Source of the DNA: Daphnia carinata
Taxonomy: Eukaryota
Assembly (NCBI RefSeq): GCF_022539665.2
Contig: NC_081331.1
Coordinates: forward strand, 620,001-684,000
Reading direction: 5' to 3'
Length of the DNA stretch: 64,000 nucleotides
Shown in pieces: positions 1 through 13,417 of the stretch; the first letter of the stretch is position 1; every line of letters starts with the position of its first letter. A program made the position numbers and the translations under genes. The notes under the pieces were generated by a model, which saw only the letters and a list, made by a program, of their open reading frames with translations, searched no databases and was not told the origin of the DNA.

Positions 1-3000
1 CACCAGTACTTCCCCCCTCCGTTGTCAATACAATCTGATAGGGTGGAAAACAAAATTGACACTCTACAATATTGAGAAAATAATAATAAGCTGTTTGGCG
101 TATTTAGATCTAAAAATAGACGAAACGGCAGGTGCTGTTGCTTCCATTCGAAATGAAATAGCACGTTCAAAAACAAATTTCACGCTGCTCTATACCGCTT
201 TGTTGTCGTATCGCCGTGTTTGATTGTCATTGTATCATATTATTATTCCCTCCCAATCGTCGTATCTGTGCGATGCGTGAGTGAGCGATTTATGTAAATG
301 TGTTGCGTTATTACTTACGACGTTTGGATTCGAGAAACGCCCGACTGATGAGATTGTTATCATCGTTCCACTAAACGTTGCCTCGCCTTGTTTCGTGTCC
401 TGACTCTGTTTCCATTAAACGATTTCTTTTGTACAACTGACTCTCTTGTTGTTATTACGTGTTTCTCTTCTAAACGGATGAATCTCTTTTGGGGCTGATC
501 TTATCCATCCTGGGAACTGCTACCGAGACCTGTAAAACAGCCGGATGTGAGCAGTTTGTCAACACATCTGGAACACACAAAGCCAACGAAACTATCAAAC
601 GAAAGAGAACTCTGAATTCAGGAGAACAATCGCACACCATCTTGTTGTCTATACGCTTCGAAAATAGGCGGCCAAAACAATAGGGCGGGATGGCATATAG
701 ATAACGACAAAGAGTCTCATTGATGCGGAAGCCTATTGTTGTTGTGTCTTCGACGTTTGCACACAATTGTATACAGTTTGCTGTGTACCTCTCTATCAAA
801 AGGTGGCACGCTACCGACTTGTTTCGAACTGGGGATTCTTCTCGGAATTGGCATCATCAGACAACAACACGCACCCGACACGCTTTCTCTGTCTTTATCT
901 TCTTCTTTAATAGTCCCAGTTTCTCCCGTTTATTTGAATGCCGACTGGGTGTCCTGGTTTGTCCGCGCGTCTGTTGCGCCTGAAAAACAGAGGCAGTCCC
1001 TTGACCGGCTGATGTTTGCGCACGCAAACGAAAAAATAAATACACATTCCTGCATAGTTATGTAGTGCAGGACAACAAATAAAATCGCGGCGAATGCTTG
1101 AAAAAAGAAAAGGGAAATGAAAAAGGGCTTTTGTCTCTTGCCGTCAGTCGATTCGTATGGCCGTTCGCGGGTCCTCGATCTCATCTGGTTTTTTTAAAGG
1201 GTATGGTGCCGCGGACCAATATTTATACACGCGGTTGCTGCTTTGTAAAGAGAAATTGAAAAAAAAAAAAAAAATGCGGCATACAAATACAACAAGTTCA
1301 ATCCCCCCCCCCAAAAAAAAAAAGAATAAGAATGGCTCTATTGTGTGTTGGTCCTCGCGCTATTCTTTGACGGCTACTTCCCTGATTTCTAAAATAAAAA
1401 AAAAAGGAAGACAAGAATAAAAGAGCGGTATGGTTCCGGTGATCGATTGAAAGTTTTTTGAGTCGGTATTTAAAGCACAAAAGGCCTTTCTTTCCATCGA
1501 TGTATATAGACATGGTTGGCTGTGTAAGGCACACGCCGACATCTCGACCCTTCCATTCGTGGAATAAAACGTTCGTTTACGGGGGTTAATTGAACTTTAA
1601 AACATGGCATTCACCGTCATTTAGGAATGGAAGAAATACAAGTCAATGATCTATCATTCTTCATCTATAATTTCATTGAAACTATAATTCAATGTTAAAT
1701 GCCTTTCTCAGTTGCCATCACGTGTGAGGGCAACTTAAGCAATAGTTAATACACCCTCCCGTTATTTCGTTCCCACACGCAATCTCTATTTACTAAACAC
1801 AGCCAGAGTAACATTAACAGCTTGTTTTCCAGCGTTTAGCTACTGCCCTCTAATCTCTCCGAGCATCCGTGTGCAGGGCCGTTTCAAATGATGTTGGACA
1901 TCTTTCCACTACGTGCTGTACAAAAAAAGGACTAATACAATTTTCTTTTTTTTCTTTTTTTTGTAACAAACTTCCGATTCTCCCGCTGATTTTGTTTCCC
2001 GTTTTTGCTTCTGGTGTGGCTGCTTCACACTTTCTTGAAAAAGACTTGCATCACGGTGGTCTTGCTCCCTTTCTCGGCGTGTGTCCGTCTCTGTGTTATT
2101 CTTGCTGTTGTCGAACGATCTCTGGGAAAAAAAAACCTCAACCGTATAGTGTTGTAACGTTGTATAACTGTGCAACTACATATACAGTTTCCTTTCTCTT
2201 TTTTCCGTAGTCGATATATCGTCGACAACCGGCCCCACCGATGATTGTGTAAATATTTTCACAGACTGTTTGGTTTTATTATTTTTTTTTTTATTTTTTT
2301 ACTTGCCGCGTGTTCCCTTAAAAACAGGCCGTTCTTAGAAATCTTCTTTTTTCAATGTTTGTATATGTACATCATACACGTATGGCCTTTTTGACCACTG
2401 CTAAGTATACACACATACACGTGTGTGGCTTCAGGTCTGTCCATAAAATTATACGATTTCAAAGAATTATACTTTAGGCAGTTGGGTCCCACTAGACATC
2501 ACAAAATTCGACGATGAATTGTAAGTTAAAAATCAAACATTGACCACTACGTATGTTACGCAATACCTATTATCTCTACCCCCCTTACACCTAAAACGAT
2601 CATTGACTTACGGTTGACCTACGTGTATACATACAATTGACATCACCACCTCCCGGTTGGATTCACACGATGTTTGATCAGGGCAACGGCCCATTGTTCA
2701 CGATGAAATCGACGGTAACACACGCTGCGCTTTGTGTTTTGTCAGACACACATATGAAACAACATTCCAGGCAGGGCAAATAAAAAGAGATACATCCCAG
2801 CAAAAGTTGGGACTTGTACTCATTTTTTTTTTTTTAGGCGCACGTGATACGTGCGCTTCGTGCCTATCTTGCTGGGTGCAATAATGAAAGACAATATTGT
2901 CGGCCGCCATCATCACGCGTGCCCGTTATAATATTGACGTATAATAATGCCCTTTGGCTTGTCATCCAAAACCCCAAAAGAACTTTGCGGCTGTGCCATC

Positions 3001-3833
3001 ACATCCTTTTTCGGGCACTTGATTGTTTTTGTTCCCCTTTTTTTTTGCTCCATGCGATTGTTTTCTTCTAAAATGCCCGTGTTCTGTTAACCTATTTGCA
3101 AAATGCGATATGAAGCGTAGATCAATTGCAGACGCACACACACACTGAATAGGCTCGCGTTTTTTGAATACATCAGCGAAATACAAGAACCCACGATCTC
3201 TGTTCGTTGTGATTTAACACATAATACCTCGGATCGTATTTTCAACTGGCCGTGCGCGCGGAATTCGATGAAAAATCGTTTTGGCAATGTGGGACAAATC
3301 ATTTTTATCCAGCGGTCAGTTTCTCATCATAAATAATCAATTGAATGGACCAGCAAAGGCTTTGACCCTACCACACATGTGGATATGTATACACATCATT
3401 TATAAATAACTGTTCACGTTGCTAGATGTGCGTGTGTGCGGAGGGTAGGCCTGTTGTATTGTGCGTGTGTGTATACACATATCTTTGACGACATAAGTAT
3501 TGACTGATGAATGTGCGTGGGTGGGCGTAAAGCCCCCGAAAGCTAAAGGTTTTTGTATTTTCGAAACGTTTTGAAGACTGTTGGCTGCTGTTCCATGTTG
3601 TATACACGGGGGGTTGTATAGTACAAGAGCTTATTCAATATATGAGCAACGGTGCGTGCTTATATCATCAGTGTTTTGGTGCCCTTCAAAGGAGAGAGGG
3701 AGAAAAAAAAAAGGAGGACGGCGTTTGGATGTCGACCAAGTGGCGAATGTCGAACGCCGGGTGTCGGTCTGGAATGCACAGCAATTATGAATACCGCTCG
3801 CTCGCTGACGTTCCTCAAAGGAGACAGAGGCAC

Positions 3834-3856
3834 GTGTGTGTGTGTGTGTGTGTGTG
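3834..3856. repeat. (GT)n microsatellite
   Basis: 23 nt of perfect GT alternation. Confidence 0.9.
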
Positions 3857-6800
3857 ACGGACTATAGTAAAAAAGAAGGGGTTGGTATCTATGTGTGTTC
3901 TCCTAAAAAACTTTGTCGTCTCTTTGCTCAACAAAATAAATAATCTTTTCACTCTCGCATCCATTCTCGCCCTTTTTTTTATCTATGGCTGTTGATTGAA
4001 AAAAATTCCCTACTACAACAGGGATCATATCGATTCAGAAAAAAATATTTTCATCACAAATCGTTGGTACCATGCTCCAAGTGGTCGTCACACACAAGAA
4101 AATAATAATTTGTTTTTCCCTTCTTTTTTTTTTTCTGCATTCTCCGCATTATTTATTATTGCTGGCTGTTCTTTCTTCCGGAGCTGCGTGTTTGGTGCAA
4201 TATATAAAAATCGTACAAAAGAAGACGACGAAGAATAAACTTTGATCGAAGAATGTCTTTTGTTCTGTCTATTTCCTATCGAATTTTTTTTTTTTTCTTT
4301 TTCCCGAGTCTCTTTTACTACATGTGTATCGCCTGCAGACATTTTTTTTTTTTTTTTGCTTTAAGTATTGCGTCATAGTCTTGTTTTTTCGATAGAGATC
4401 GGATATCGTTTCATTAATCGGCGAACTGCAATGTTGGCTGATTGCCATGTTCTCTTATTTATTTTCTGGTGCATAACATATTGCGTTTCCGTTATTCGTC
4501 TCAACTTTCCCTGTTTCGATTCTTTTATTTTCTCAAATTGTTCCCTCCCCATCATCCGTGATCGTGTGCCAAATGTGCCAACGTGAGCCAATAGTTTAAC
4601 TGGGTATGTAGGTCGACGTCTACATTCCTTCTTTTATTCTCATCATTTGCTTTGATGGTGACGTATCGATTTTGTTCAAAAGTAAAAAGACAAATGATTC
4701 TTTTTTTTTTTTTTCATTTCTCTTACCGTTTGTTGTGTCGAACATGTTTAACAAGCGACACTACAAAGAGGACGTGAACACGCACTGATTTGCGGGTGGA
4801 CCAATCGCTTTTGACACACCCACCATTTTTTTTTTATTATCCCGCTGACTCGACGGTTTTGCGCGCACATCGCCAGTTATTAGAGTCTGATGTGAAGAAC
4901 AATGTGATATTGAGCTGTATGCAAATTGCTGTGCGTACGTGATCCATTTACGACGGAGAACACGCGAAAAAAAAAAATTGTGAATCATTATTCGCGTGTG
5001 TGTACGCAGAGCGAGGATTTGAAAAGGATCAGGGACATTTGTGTGCTATAGTCATTATGTGTCATATAATTTCCCTATATGCAAATATAGATAGTGTTCG
5101 ATCACATGTTTGCCCAGTGTGGGCCGTTTTTTTTTTTTTTTTTTCAAGTGGGTATTTAGCCAACTGGCTGCGCAGTTTTTGGCTCGTGCATTATGAATTC
5201 TTAGCCTTTATAATGTCCGCTGGAGGGTCATATATACAGCAAGCGGAGTGAACTTATTTGTATTGTCTCCACATAGATATACACGCACATATTTGTCTGG
5301 ACTATTTATAGATTTTTTTTTTCTTCTATAGAAAAAAAAAAAAAAAAAGAGGGAGGACTGCCATTTTCTTTTGTTGATATATACTGCAGGCCACTATATA
5401 GTGTTGACCGAAAAGCCCCACCCCTATCCAATACTTGCTTTTATTATCAGCCTTTTTTTTTTTTTTTTTTTTTCTTTTCCATATCCACGCCCATTGTTGT
5501 GCATTCTACTTAGGGAGTTCTTGTGCCCTCTCTAAACAGCGAAAATTTGTGCGGTGAATATAACAGTAGCAGGCCGTGAATCTTCACCAATAACTCCGTC
5601 TGTTATCAGCTTTATATGAAAATGCCACATTTTCTCTATGGAACACACACGCACGTATACACACTCTGTATATGTATTGACGCATCTTCCCCTCCGTTTT
5701 CTCTGTTTGCACTAGCCCCTTTTCCTGTCTCTTGGCTGCCTCTCTTTTATTATGATGCTCTATTCAGTTTCTTCCTATTGTTGTGTACGCCCGCATGGAC
5801 GCTTGTTTGCTCACATCTCGTCCGCCCTCGTTCACGATGTTTCTTATATATCGACGGAATGAAAGAGTATTGTTGCCCCCCCCCCCCTTCTCGCAAGCTT
5901 AATCGCCTTCATAAGCCAATCGAAGATAGGTCCTCCTGTGCCCGCTATATGAGCCTGCGCTCGCATCAGCAGGTTCCCTTTTTTTTATTATTATTATTTC
6001 TCCTGTTGTGCACAGAAAAGTCAATATGTAATAAACATCGTGTGTTAGGAAATCAAAATTCAAATGTTTGAAATATAACATATGGCAAGAGGACCATCTG
6101 AGCTTTAGCGGAGTTAACATTTGTTGGTGTTCATTCAGTCAACGGAAAATTAGAACTGGTGACTGGAAATTGTTTTGGGAAAGAGTTACGATTAGCTTTT
6201 TTTTTTGTTTTTGTTTGCGTGCACATTGTCGCACAAACTCGCCTCTACGTTTTTCACGCTGAGAAAACACATCCAACACCTTCACGCTCGTTCATTCATT
6301 TTCAAACATCCGTTTTCCCATTGCCTTTTTTTATCAAAACATCATTAAGTCCGCCAACTGAGCCATTTTGTGTGTATAACCGTGTTTGGGTCAATAAGCA
6401 AACCCCCCTCAAAAAAAAAAAAAAAAAAAAAGAGATGGAACTGCATCAACAGTCATCCCCTCTCCTCATCGTTGATGACCGTTTGCTGTTGATGTTTTTC
6501 AAGCTTCCGCACCCATAAGTAACAACCCCCATTTACGAATACAGTTTTTATTCCGATATCCATTTTGATTGTAAATAATTCATCGGGGGGATGATAACGG
6601 AAAAACACGATGTTGATTCACCTGGTCCATTTCTCATCGTTTGCAGCACATGTCTATATTTATAGCGTCCAGCGTAAGTACTTTCCCCTTTAAAAAACAG
6701 ATTGTTTTTTTTTTTCAAAATGGCTTCAGGGCTATATGATTCTGCTTTGCATGCCATTTGAAATGTTGGTGTGCGTCGGCGGCGACAAGCAGTCTACTGA

Positions 6801-9800
6801 GAAAGCGGAGGATGTTTCTTTTGCTTGTTTTTTCGTTCCCCTCCATCCGGATAGAGATGACCAGCTCCGCCTTCTTTAGAAAAAAAAAAAGAAAGAAAAA
6901 GAAAGAGGACTCTTGTTATGCATAATAAGAGCCTCCCATCTTTTCTTTTGAATGTTTCAAGGGGGCAGGCGGGTTTGTGTTGGATCCAAAGCGAGAAGCC
7001 ACTTTTGCCCGGGGTTCGAGGTCACGTTTTTTATGGAAGACAAACCCAGCATTCACCTATATAGCACTGGGCCCTCTACACATCAATATAGATGACTTCC
7101 ATATGGTCTTGGTGGCTAATTAGGTTTCCGGTGCTCGCCTTCTTTTGAGATGTGGTGAGCCAGCAGGGCTTTCTTCATTTGAGCCGTTTCAAGAGCTCGG
7201 TTCCGCTCGAGCTGGATTCGGTTTTTCTGACTGTGGGATGTTCCAAAGCCGACATTTCAATTAACGTTGTACACCCACTGAAAAAAAAAAAAATCTGTCG
7301 ATTTCAATGTTTTAACTCTTTCTTTTTTTTTTTTTTTTTTGGAAACGTTAAGGAGGAAAATTTCAATAACTCGCGCGCATCACCAAAGAGGTTTTTGATT
7401 TGTTTTGGATTGTTCCCGAAATGTATAATACAGACACAAATCGACACTTCAATTTTCTCCTTCTTAGTGCTGATATATTATTTTCTCGTGGAGAGAAACT
7501 CACTCACCCCCTTCTTACGTAAAGCCCCCCCCCCCCGGATCGTTTGACATGTTCAATTGTTCTCTCACAGTTATTGGAGTTTTTCGCCCAAGCTTTCCAA
7601 CTGCTTTATTATAAATACCCCCTTGTCGATATTTATGAATTCAAATTCTATCCCTCCCTTCACTTCTGCTCATAGAAAAAAAAAAAAAACTAAATATAAA
7701 AAATGAGTTCCAATGTTTGAATGCTGGTGTGTGAGTAGGACAACGTCATCAAACTCTGAATCATCAATTCTTTTGATTGTTCGAGAAACGCAGATGATAA
7801 ATAACAAGAAGGGGATCGTTTGTCATAAAAACGAAAATCACATTTTCAGCAAAAAAATTTGTTTTTCTTTTCTTCTTGTTCAAATAGAAAATAAATACAA
7901 TTTTTTCGCCGTCGAGAAAAATATCGTTGACGCTCGCACATGTGGATGGCCAGCAGCTCTTTTCCCAAAATGCTATAACAGAAGAGTATCAAATGATGGC
8001 AGACCAAGAAGGAAACTCTTTGGGCTATTTAAATGAGTATACATATACACACACACTGTTTGTAAGCTCCGAAGAGTATCTTCTCATGTTCTCTCTTTTT
8101 TTTTTTTTGTGAGAAATGATGAAAAAAAAAAAAAAAAACTTGAGGCGGAGAGTTTTGAGTTTCCCTCCTTTTTTTTTTTCTTGTTTTTTTGATGAACCAC
8201 TAACTTTAAATATGGCCAGCAAACCTTCCCCCCTAAAGGTCCGTGGAAATCCCCATATAGAGAAAGAATGTCTATAAAGATCTTGTTCGTACGATATGCA
8301 CAGAGGGAAGCTGGGCCTTATGTCTACATGGGGTTCGTCTTTCCACCCCAGACTTTGGTAGACAGCCTGTCGCCAGTGAAAACGTAGCCGATGGCCTGTT
8401 ATCCTCTGCACACCAAATGGACATCCTCTTAAAAGCGAAAACTCGTTTTTCTTTCGGTACAATTCCCACCCATGGTCGACTTAACTGTCATTTTCTTTTA
8501 AGTACATCAGTTTGCTTTAGTTGGATTTGATCTACGTCTCCAATTGAAATAAGAAGATTGTTGTTTTTTCCTTTAAAGAATGCATGTGTTGCAATTCTTT
8601 TACCGATACAAATTTATGGAATAATGAAATACTTCATCACGTCTGATCGACTCAAATTGCCATGATCTCAATCAATTCAAGCCAATCTGTGATGCTATGC
8701 CAATAGTTCGCTTCGCTGGAACGACGTATAAAATTAGACCCAATAAAATGGAGCGGGACATTTGACATGTTGGCGAGAATGAGACCAAAGCGGTTTTTGT
8801 TTTTCTCTTTTGTCGTCAATTTTCACGATTCAATTGTATTTTATAGTTCTCCTTTAGCCGATCGAATGTTCGTTACTGTTGTATAGGTTTTTCAGGTTGA
8901 CAGGCGATCCAGCTACTTTTCCTTGTTTTTTTGCTTAGCCGCTTATTATGTCATCCATCCTGTTTTGCTGGCCATCGGATTCCATCAAATTACATTAGAG
9001 TCTCAGCTGCCTGGCTCGTTTCGCCTTTTGCTGCAGAGATAAGCGGAACGTGTGCCCGCCGACTCGGGTGTCCTCGTCCCCAAGTTTTTTAGACGTTGCA
9101 AGCTACGAAATTCCGCCGTTTCTATTAGGTATATATCTATGACCGGGGGCTGCCATCATCGTTCATCGTCTAGATCAAAAGGGAGGACGGATAGGAAAAA
9201 AAAAAAAAAAAAAAAGTGTGCCATCAAGGTACGGTTTATTTATAGACTAGAAAAGAGAGGGAGAGAGGCTATAAGACACGCTCGACTGAGCCAAAACGAC
9301 CTATTAGATTATGTGCGAATCGGGGCGGCCCAACATTTTTCCGCACCAGATGACGACTTGAGCCTTATAACATCATCAGCACATCGGGCCAGAGCAACAT
9401 CATCAAATTTGTATTTGCTGCATATAACAGATGATTGTTGTGTGCGATCGTATAGAACGTAATCCCCTCTTCAAGTTCGATCCTCGAATACATACCACAC
9501 AGAGCTTTTTGCCTAGGCACACATAAAAAGCATCAGTTTATCGATGGCTTCCCTCCATGCTGACGAGGCCCGCTGGTTTTTCAAGAGCCTTTTTTTTTTT
9601 GGGTTTGGATCGCAACCAAACGTCATCTGTCTTTTGTTCTTGATTTTTTTTGTATTTCTCTTTTGCGGTCTGTTATATTTATAGATGAAAAGCCTCTTTT
9701 GCAAAATGCTATCGTGTTTTTCTTTTAATACATCCAGTGCACCGTAATATGCGACGAAATGGTATGCGTGTGTAGATGGCCAAGGGTTTTGTGTGACTAT

Positions 9801-10727
9801 AATAAACGGCCCATTCTTCGGGCCGGTATTGCGTCATTCATAAACTATACGTAAGCGCACGTCTGTTATCTTAGGCCACAGAGAAAAAGCTCGTACGGGG
9901 AGGTATAATACAATTTTTTGTTTTATCTTTTCATCTTTACCTTTGTGTAAATTCTTCTCGGTTTATAGCTCATACTTTTGTTTATCTTCTTTTGTGTGAA
10001 AACTAACACGTCTCGAGGAAAATACGTGACGTTTGCGATTGACCAACAGTTGAACTCACATCGTCAGAAATATCAGGACGCAATTCTCGTTGCGCATCGT
10101 TTATTTTTGGGTTAATGTTTCTGCTAACCACCGACTGTTTGTGGTTTAACAGTGAAACATTTTATTGTGTTTTATTATATTATTTGACGATGATTAACTA
10201 TGGGATATAGAGAATGTTGAAATAGCGATAACCTTGTCCTTCAACATATTTGAACTTGCATATCGAGCAATGCAAAATCATCGTTTTTGCAACTGTACAT
10301 GTAAAATTGGGATCCCGGCAGTTCTGCACGGTGCGCCTCTGCCGGAAGCTTCCTCTTTTTTTTTCCCCTCTTGCTCCTTTATTGACGAGGCTACGCCCCT
10401 CTCCCACCTTACGACAACCAATGGCCGTTTGATTTGCAGCGGCGCTGCCTTTTACCATTGGATCGACAAACCGCTCCTCCCAGCAGCCCACCCCATGGAG
10501 GGACAGCCGAGAGCTGTAAACCACGTATACACACAAATATATGTACAGTTAGTATACACACACACACACACACAAAAAAAAACCAGTGGGGTGGGGTGGG
10601 TGTGTATGCTTTTTTGGCAGGAAGCGTAGCAGCAAACTCTACTAACAAACCGAGCAATCAAAAACGCTCTGCGCTCGTTAATAGGCAGGCATTATCCGGC
10701 TGGGCTCTCCACGCAGCTGAAGAGCTC

Positions 10728-10808
10728 CTCTCTCTCTCTCTCTCTCTTTCTTTTTCTTAAAAAATATAAAATACCCAACGGCTGTATCGTGTACAAGACC
10801 TGTCAGTT
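10728..10808 (+). promoter_or_regulatory. Candidate FoxD core promoter: (CT)10 GAGA-type tract, TATAAAA, Inr-like TCAGTT
   Basis: (CT)10 at 10728-10747, TATAAAA at 10765-10771 and TCAGTT at 10803-10808, about 170-250 bp upstream of the ATG. The TATA-Inr spacing (~40 nt) is longer than canonical, so this is tentative. Confidence 0.4.
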
Positions 10809-10976
10809 TTATTTTGTGCGTGTGTTTCTCAGTGTCCCCCGCGAGTTTTCGCTGCGTGTTCAATCAACAATTCGACATTATCTCTCTGGTCGTGTTTACA
10901 GTGTCACCTCAGAAACCAAAAAATATTTTGATTGTTTAGACAACGAACAAGAAAAAGGGCGTTTGGTGTGCGATCA

Positions 10977-12944
10977 ATGTGCCAAGTGATGAACGATGAT
11001 CTTGGGCCCCATCGTACGGGCAATTCACTCGCTTCTCATCAACAGCAGATCAACGACGTTTCGCTATCTGTCGCTATGAACGGACACGTCAATTCGACCA
11101 TGTCTGCCACTCGGCCATCATCGCTTGCCACTCCGACTGTGCATCACGGTTCGTTTGCGGCCGGTCATTCATCGACGATCCCGCTCGATCTTCGAGGAGC
11201 GGCCATTCATCCGTCAGCTTCGTATCCGGCCAGCGATGAAGGGGACAGCGGGACAGAAGAAAACAATCAAGACGTGTGCGAAATCAACGTCGACTCGGAC
11301 GACTCGGACGATGGTGGCGAAGAGATGGACGACGCACCTCTCAACGGCCATCATCATTTCCCTTTCGCCTTCGATCCGCACAGTCCGTTCCTAGGCCAGG
11401 CGGCGGCCTTTTTCGGGGCCGGCGGAAGCGTCGCCGGTGGCTTGATGAATCCGGCCATGACGGCCGCAGCGGCGGCCCAGGCCGAATGGTTCATGCAAGC
11501 CGCCATGGCCAACGCGGCCACGATGAACCAACAGCAACAAATGTCGGCCTCTCATCCGCACGCTGCCGCATCGTCAGACACGATGGCCGGTCACGGCGGC
11601 AAAGCGTCGCACAGCAAATCGTCCAGTCGTCATCATCACGACAGGTCCGGCAAAGACCACAAGGACGGAAAGAGTCACAGCAAAAGCCACAACCGGAGTT
11701 CGGGTTCGAGCGACGGTGAGGCCGGTGGACCCGCCGTCAGTGGCGGCGGTAAGTCGAAGAAGAGCGGCCTAGTCAAGCCGCCTTATTCGTACATCGCCCT
11801 AATTACCATGGCCATCTTGTCGTCTCCGCACAAGAAATTGACACTCAGCGGCATTTGCGAATTCATCATGAATCGATTCCCTTATTACCGCGATCGATTC
11901 CCCGCATGGCAGAACTCGATCCGTCACAATCTCAGCCTCAACGATTGCTTCGTCAAGATTCCCCGGGAGCCGGGCAATCCGGGAAAAGGCAACTACTGGA
12001 CGCTGGACCCGATGGCCGAAGACATGTTCGACAACGGCTCTTTCCTGCGTAGGCGCAAGCGCTACAAGAGGCAACAGTCGGATTTCTTCCGCGATCCCGC
12101 AGCTGCTACGGCCGCTTTCCTTCATCATATGGCCGTCACTGATCCTTACACTCATCAGGCTCTGCTGGCCGGTCATCATCATCCGCATCACGCGGCAATG
12201 GCGGCCGCTGCGGCTGCTTTCCCGCCGACACCTTTAGCAACCCCGCAAGATCGGATGCCGTCAGCCCAGTCAACGTCATCAAACGGACAAGGTAGCGGGC
12301 CGGGCAGTTTCTTACCTCCGTTCAATCTGAGCGGAATGACCAGTTTGGGTGTTCCAGCGAACTTCTCGCTGCCTCCGCAACAACACCATCCGCACAATAT
12401 GAGTGGCTTCCATCCCAATTCTTCCAGCGGATCAGAGATGCAAATGGGCAATCCATTCCAGTCGGCTAATAACATCGTCAAGCCGATCGCTGTTCCAGCT
12501 GGTAGTAGCAGCAACACATCAACCGGAATTCAACGATCGCCTTCCGTCAATCGGTGCAGTAAAGGTCCAATTGTTCCACAATTTTCTCCCGAATCATCCG
12601 GAATTCCATGCAGTCCAACTACACCCACTTCACCTGGTTGTTCATCAATCCCAACCGGCCGTAAAGGTAGCGCTAACAAGACCACCTTCAGCATCGACAG
12701 CATCATCGGAAGCAATAAGAACGAAGCGGTCGATGTCCTCGTCGACGGTGAGCTTAAAACAACATCGCCAACGGGCGGATCGGCAAATGCAGGAGGCCTA
12801 CCGTCCATCGTTGAAACTGAATTCAACTTATCGAACCTATCGAGTGGTGACCTGGACAAATTGCGACGCTTGGCCATGGTGACGGGCGTTCAGGGCCTCT
12901 CACGGTTCGCTAATAGTTTAGCGCCCGTTACCTGGGCCAGGTGA
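10977..12944 (+). CDS. FoxD: Forkhead box D transcription factor (FoxD / fd59A-like), intronless, 655 aa from the first ATG
   Basis: Forkhead domain [101 protein letters not shown] has FoxD-class residues. It also has an N-terminal acidic patch ([11 protein letters not shown]) and a C-terminal eh1 Groucho motif (FSIDSIIG). The ORF-track start at 10932 is TTG; the first ATG is 10977. Confidence 0.96.
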   Translation: MCQVMNDDLGPHRTGNSLASHQQQINDVSLSVAMNGHVNSTMSATRPSSLATPTVHHGSFAAGHSSTIPLDLRGAAIHPSASYPASDEGDSGTEENNQDVCEINVDSDDSDDGGEEMDDAPLNGHHHFPFAFDPHSPFLGQAAAFFGAGGSVAGGLMNPAMTAAAAAQAEWFMQAAMANAATMNQQQQMSASHPHAAASSDTMAGHGGKASHSKSSSRHHHDRSGKDHKDGKSHSKSHNRSSGSSDGEAGGPAVSGGGKSKKSGLVKPPYSYIALITMAILSSPHKKLTLSGICEFIMNRFPYYRDRFPAWQNSIRHNLSLNDCFVKIPREPGNPGKGNYWTLDPMAEDMFDNGSFLRRRKRYKRQQSDFFRDPAAATAAFLHHMAVTDPYTHQALLAGHHHPHHAAMAAAAAAFPPTPLATPQDRMPSAQSTSSNGQGSGPGSFLPPFNLSGMTSLGVPANFSLPPQQHHPHNMSGFHPNSSSGSEMQMGNPFQSANNIVKPIAVPAGSSSNTSTGIQRSPSVNRCSKGPIVPQFSPESSGIPCSPTTPTSPGCSSIPTGRKGSANKTTFSIDSIIGSNKNEAVDVLVDGELKTTSPTGGSANAGGLPSIVETEFNLSNLSSGDLDKLRRLAMVTGVQGLSRFANSLAPVTWAR

Positions 12945-13300
12945 ACGAAATGAAAACGCGTTTGTTATGTGCTCATTTGCTACGTTTTATGTTTGGTTCC
13001 CCTTTGTGCACGAACGTTTTGTTGTACACGTCGTTCAATTTTAGGTGGGGTTTCTTTCGCTGTTTAGTCTTTGCTCTCTACATAACCTGCACTAACAATT
13101 AGTGTGAACTTCATTTTACTTTTCCAATCAAGAATAAGAGAAATATGTAAATAGTGTACATATGTTTACAGTACGTACAAAATTGTTAGATGAAACGACG
13201 AACCAGTTTAGTTCAGGAAGGATAGCTATTTGAAAAGGAAAAAAAAAAAATTATATGTTTGATCTCAAAATTCAAGAACATGTTTTCTAGAAACCTAAGA

Positions 13301-13417
13301 AATAAAGTAACAGTTTTAAATATTTGCTTTAGAGAGAGAGAGAACAAATATCGTGTGTCTAGGCCGTATAACTGAAATGCCAATGTTTTCAATTTATTCC
13401 CGTGTATAAATAATAAA
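13301..13417 (+). terminator. Candidate FoxD polyadenylation signals
   Basis: AATAAA at 13301-13306 and 13412-13417, 360-470 nt after the stop codon. Confidence 0.5.

Noticed and set aside
346..353. Hammerhead core-like CTGATGA/CTGACGA motifs (also near 9560, 33208, 38495)
   Set aside because: None is followed by stem II plus GAAA and closing stems.
470..10900. Dozens of 60-150 aa ORFs upstream of FoxD (and likewise at 13400-33100 and 60900-64000)
   Set aside because: Mostly non-ATG starts, poly-K/F from homopolymers, no domains and no consistent splice chains; these look like random ORFs.
11125..12882. Alternative-frame and antisense ORFs over FoxD (also those over the apolipophorin exons)
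   Set aside because: Shadow ORFs caused by GC-rich codon bias of the real CDS.
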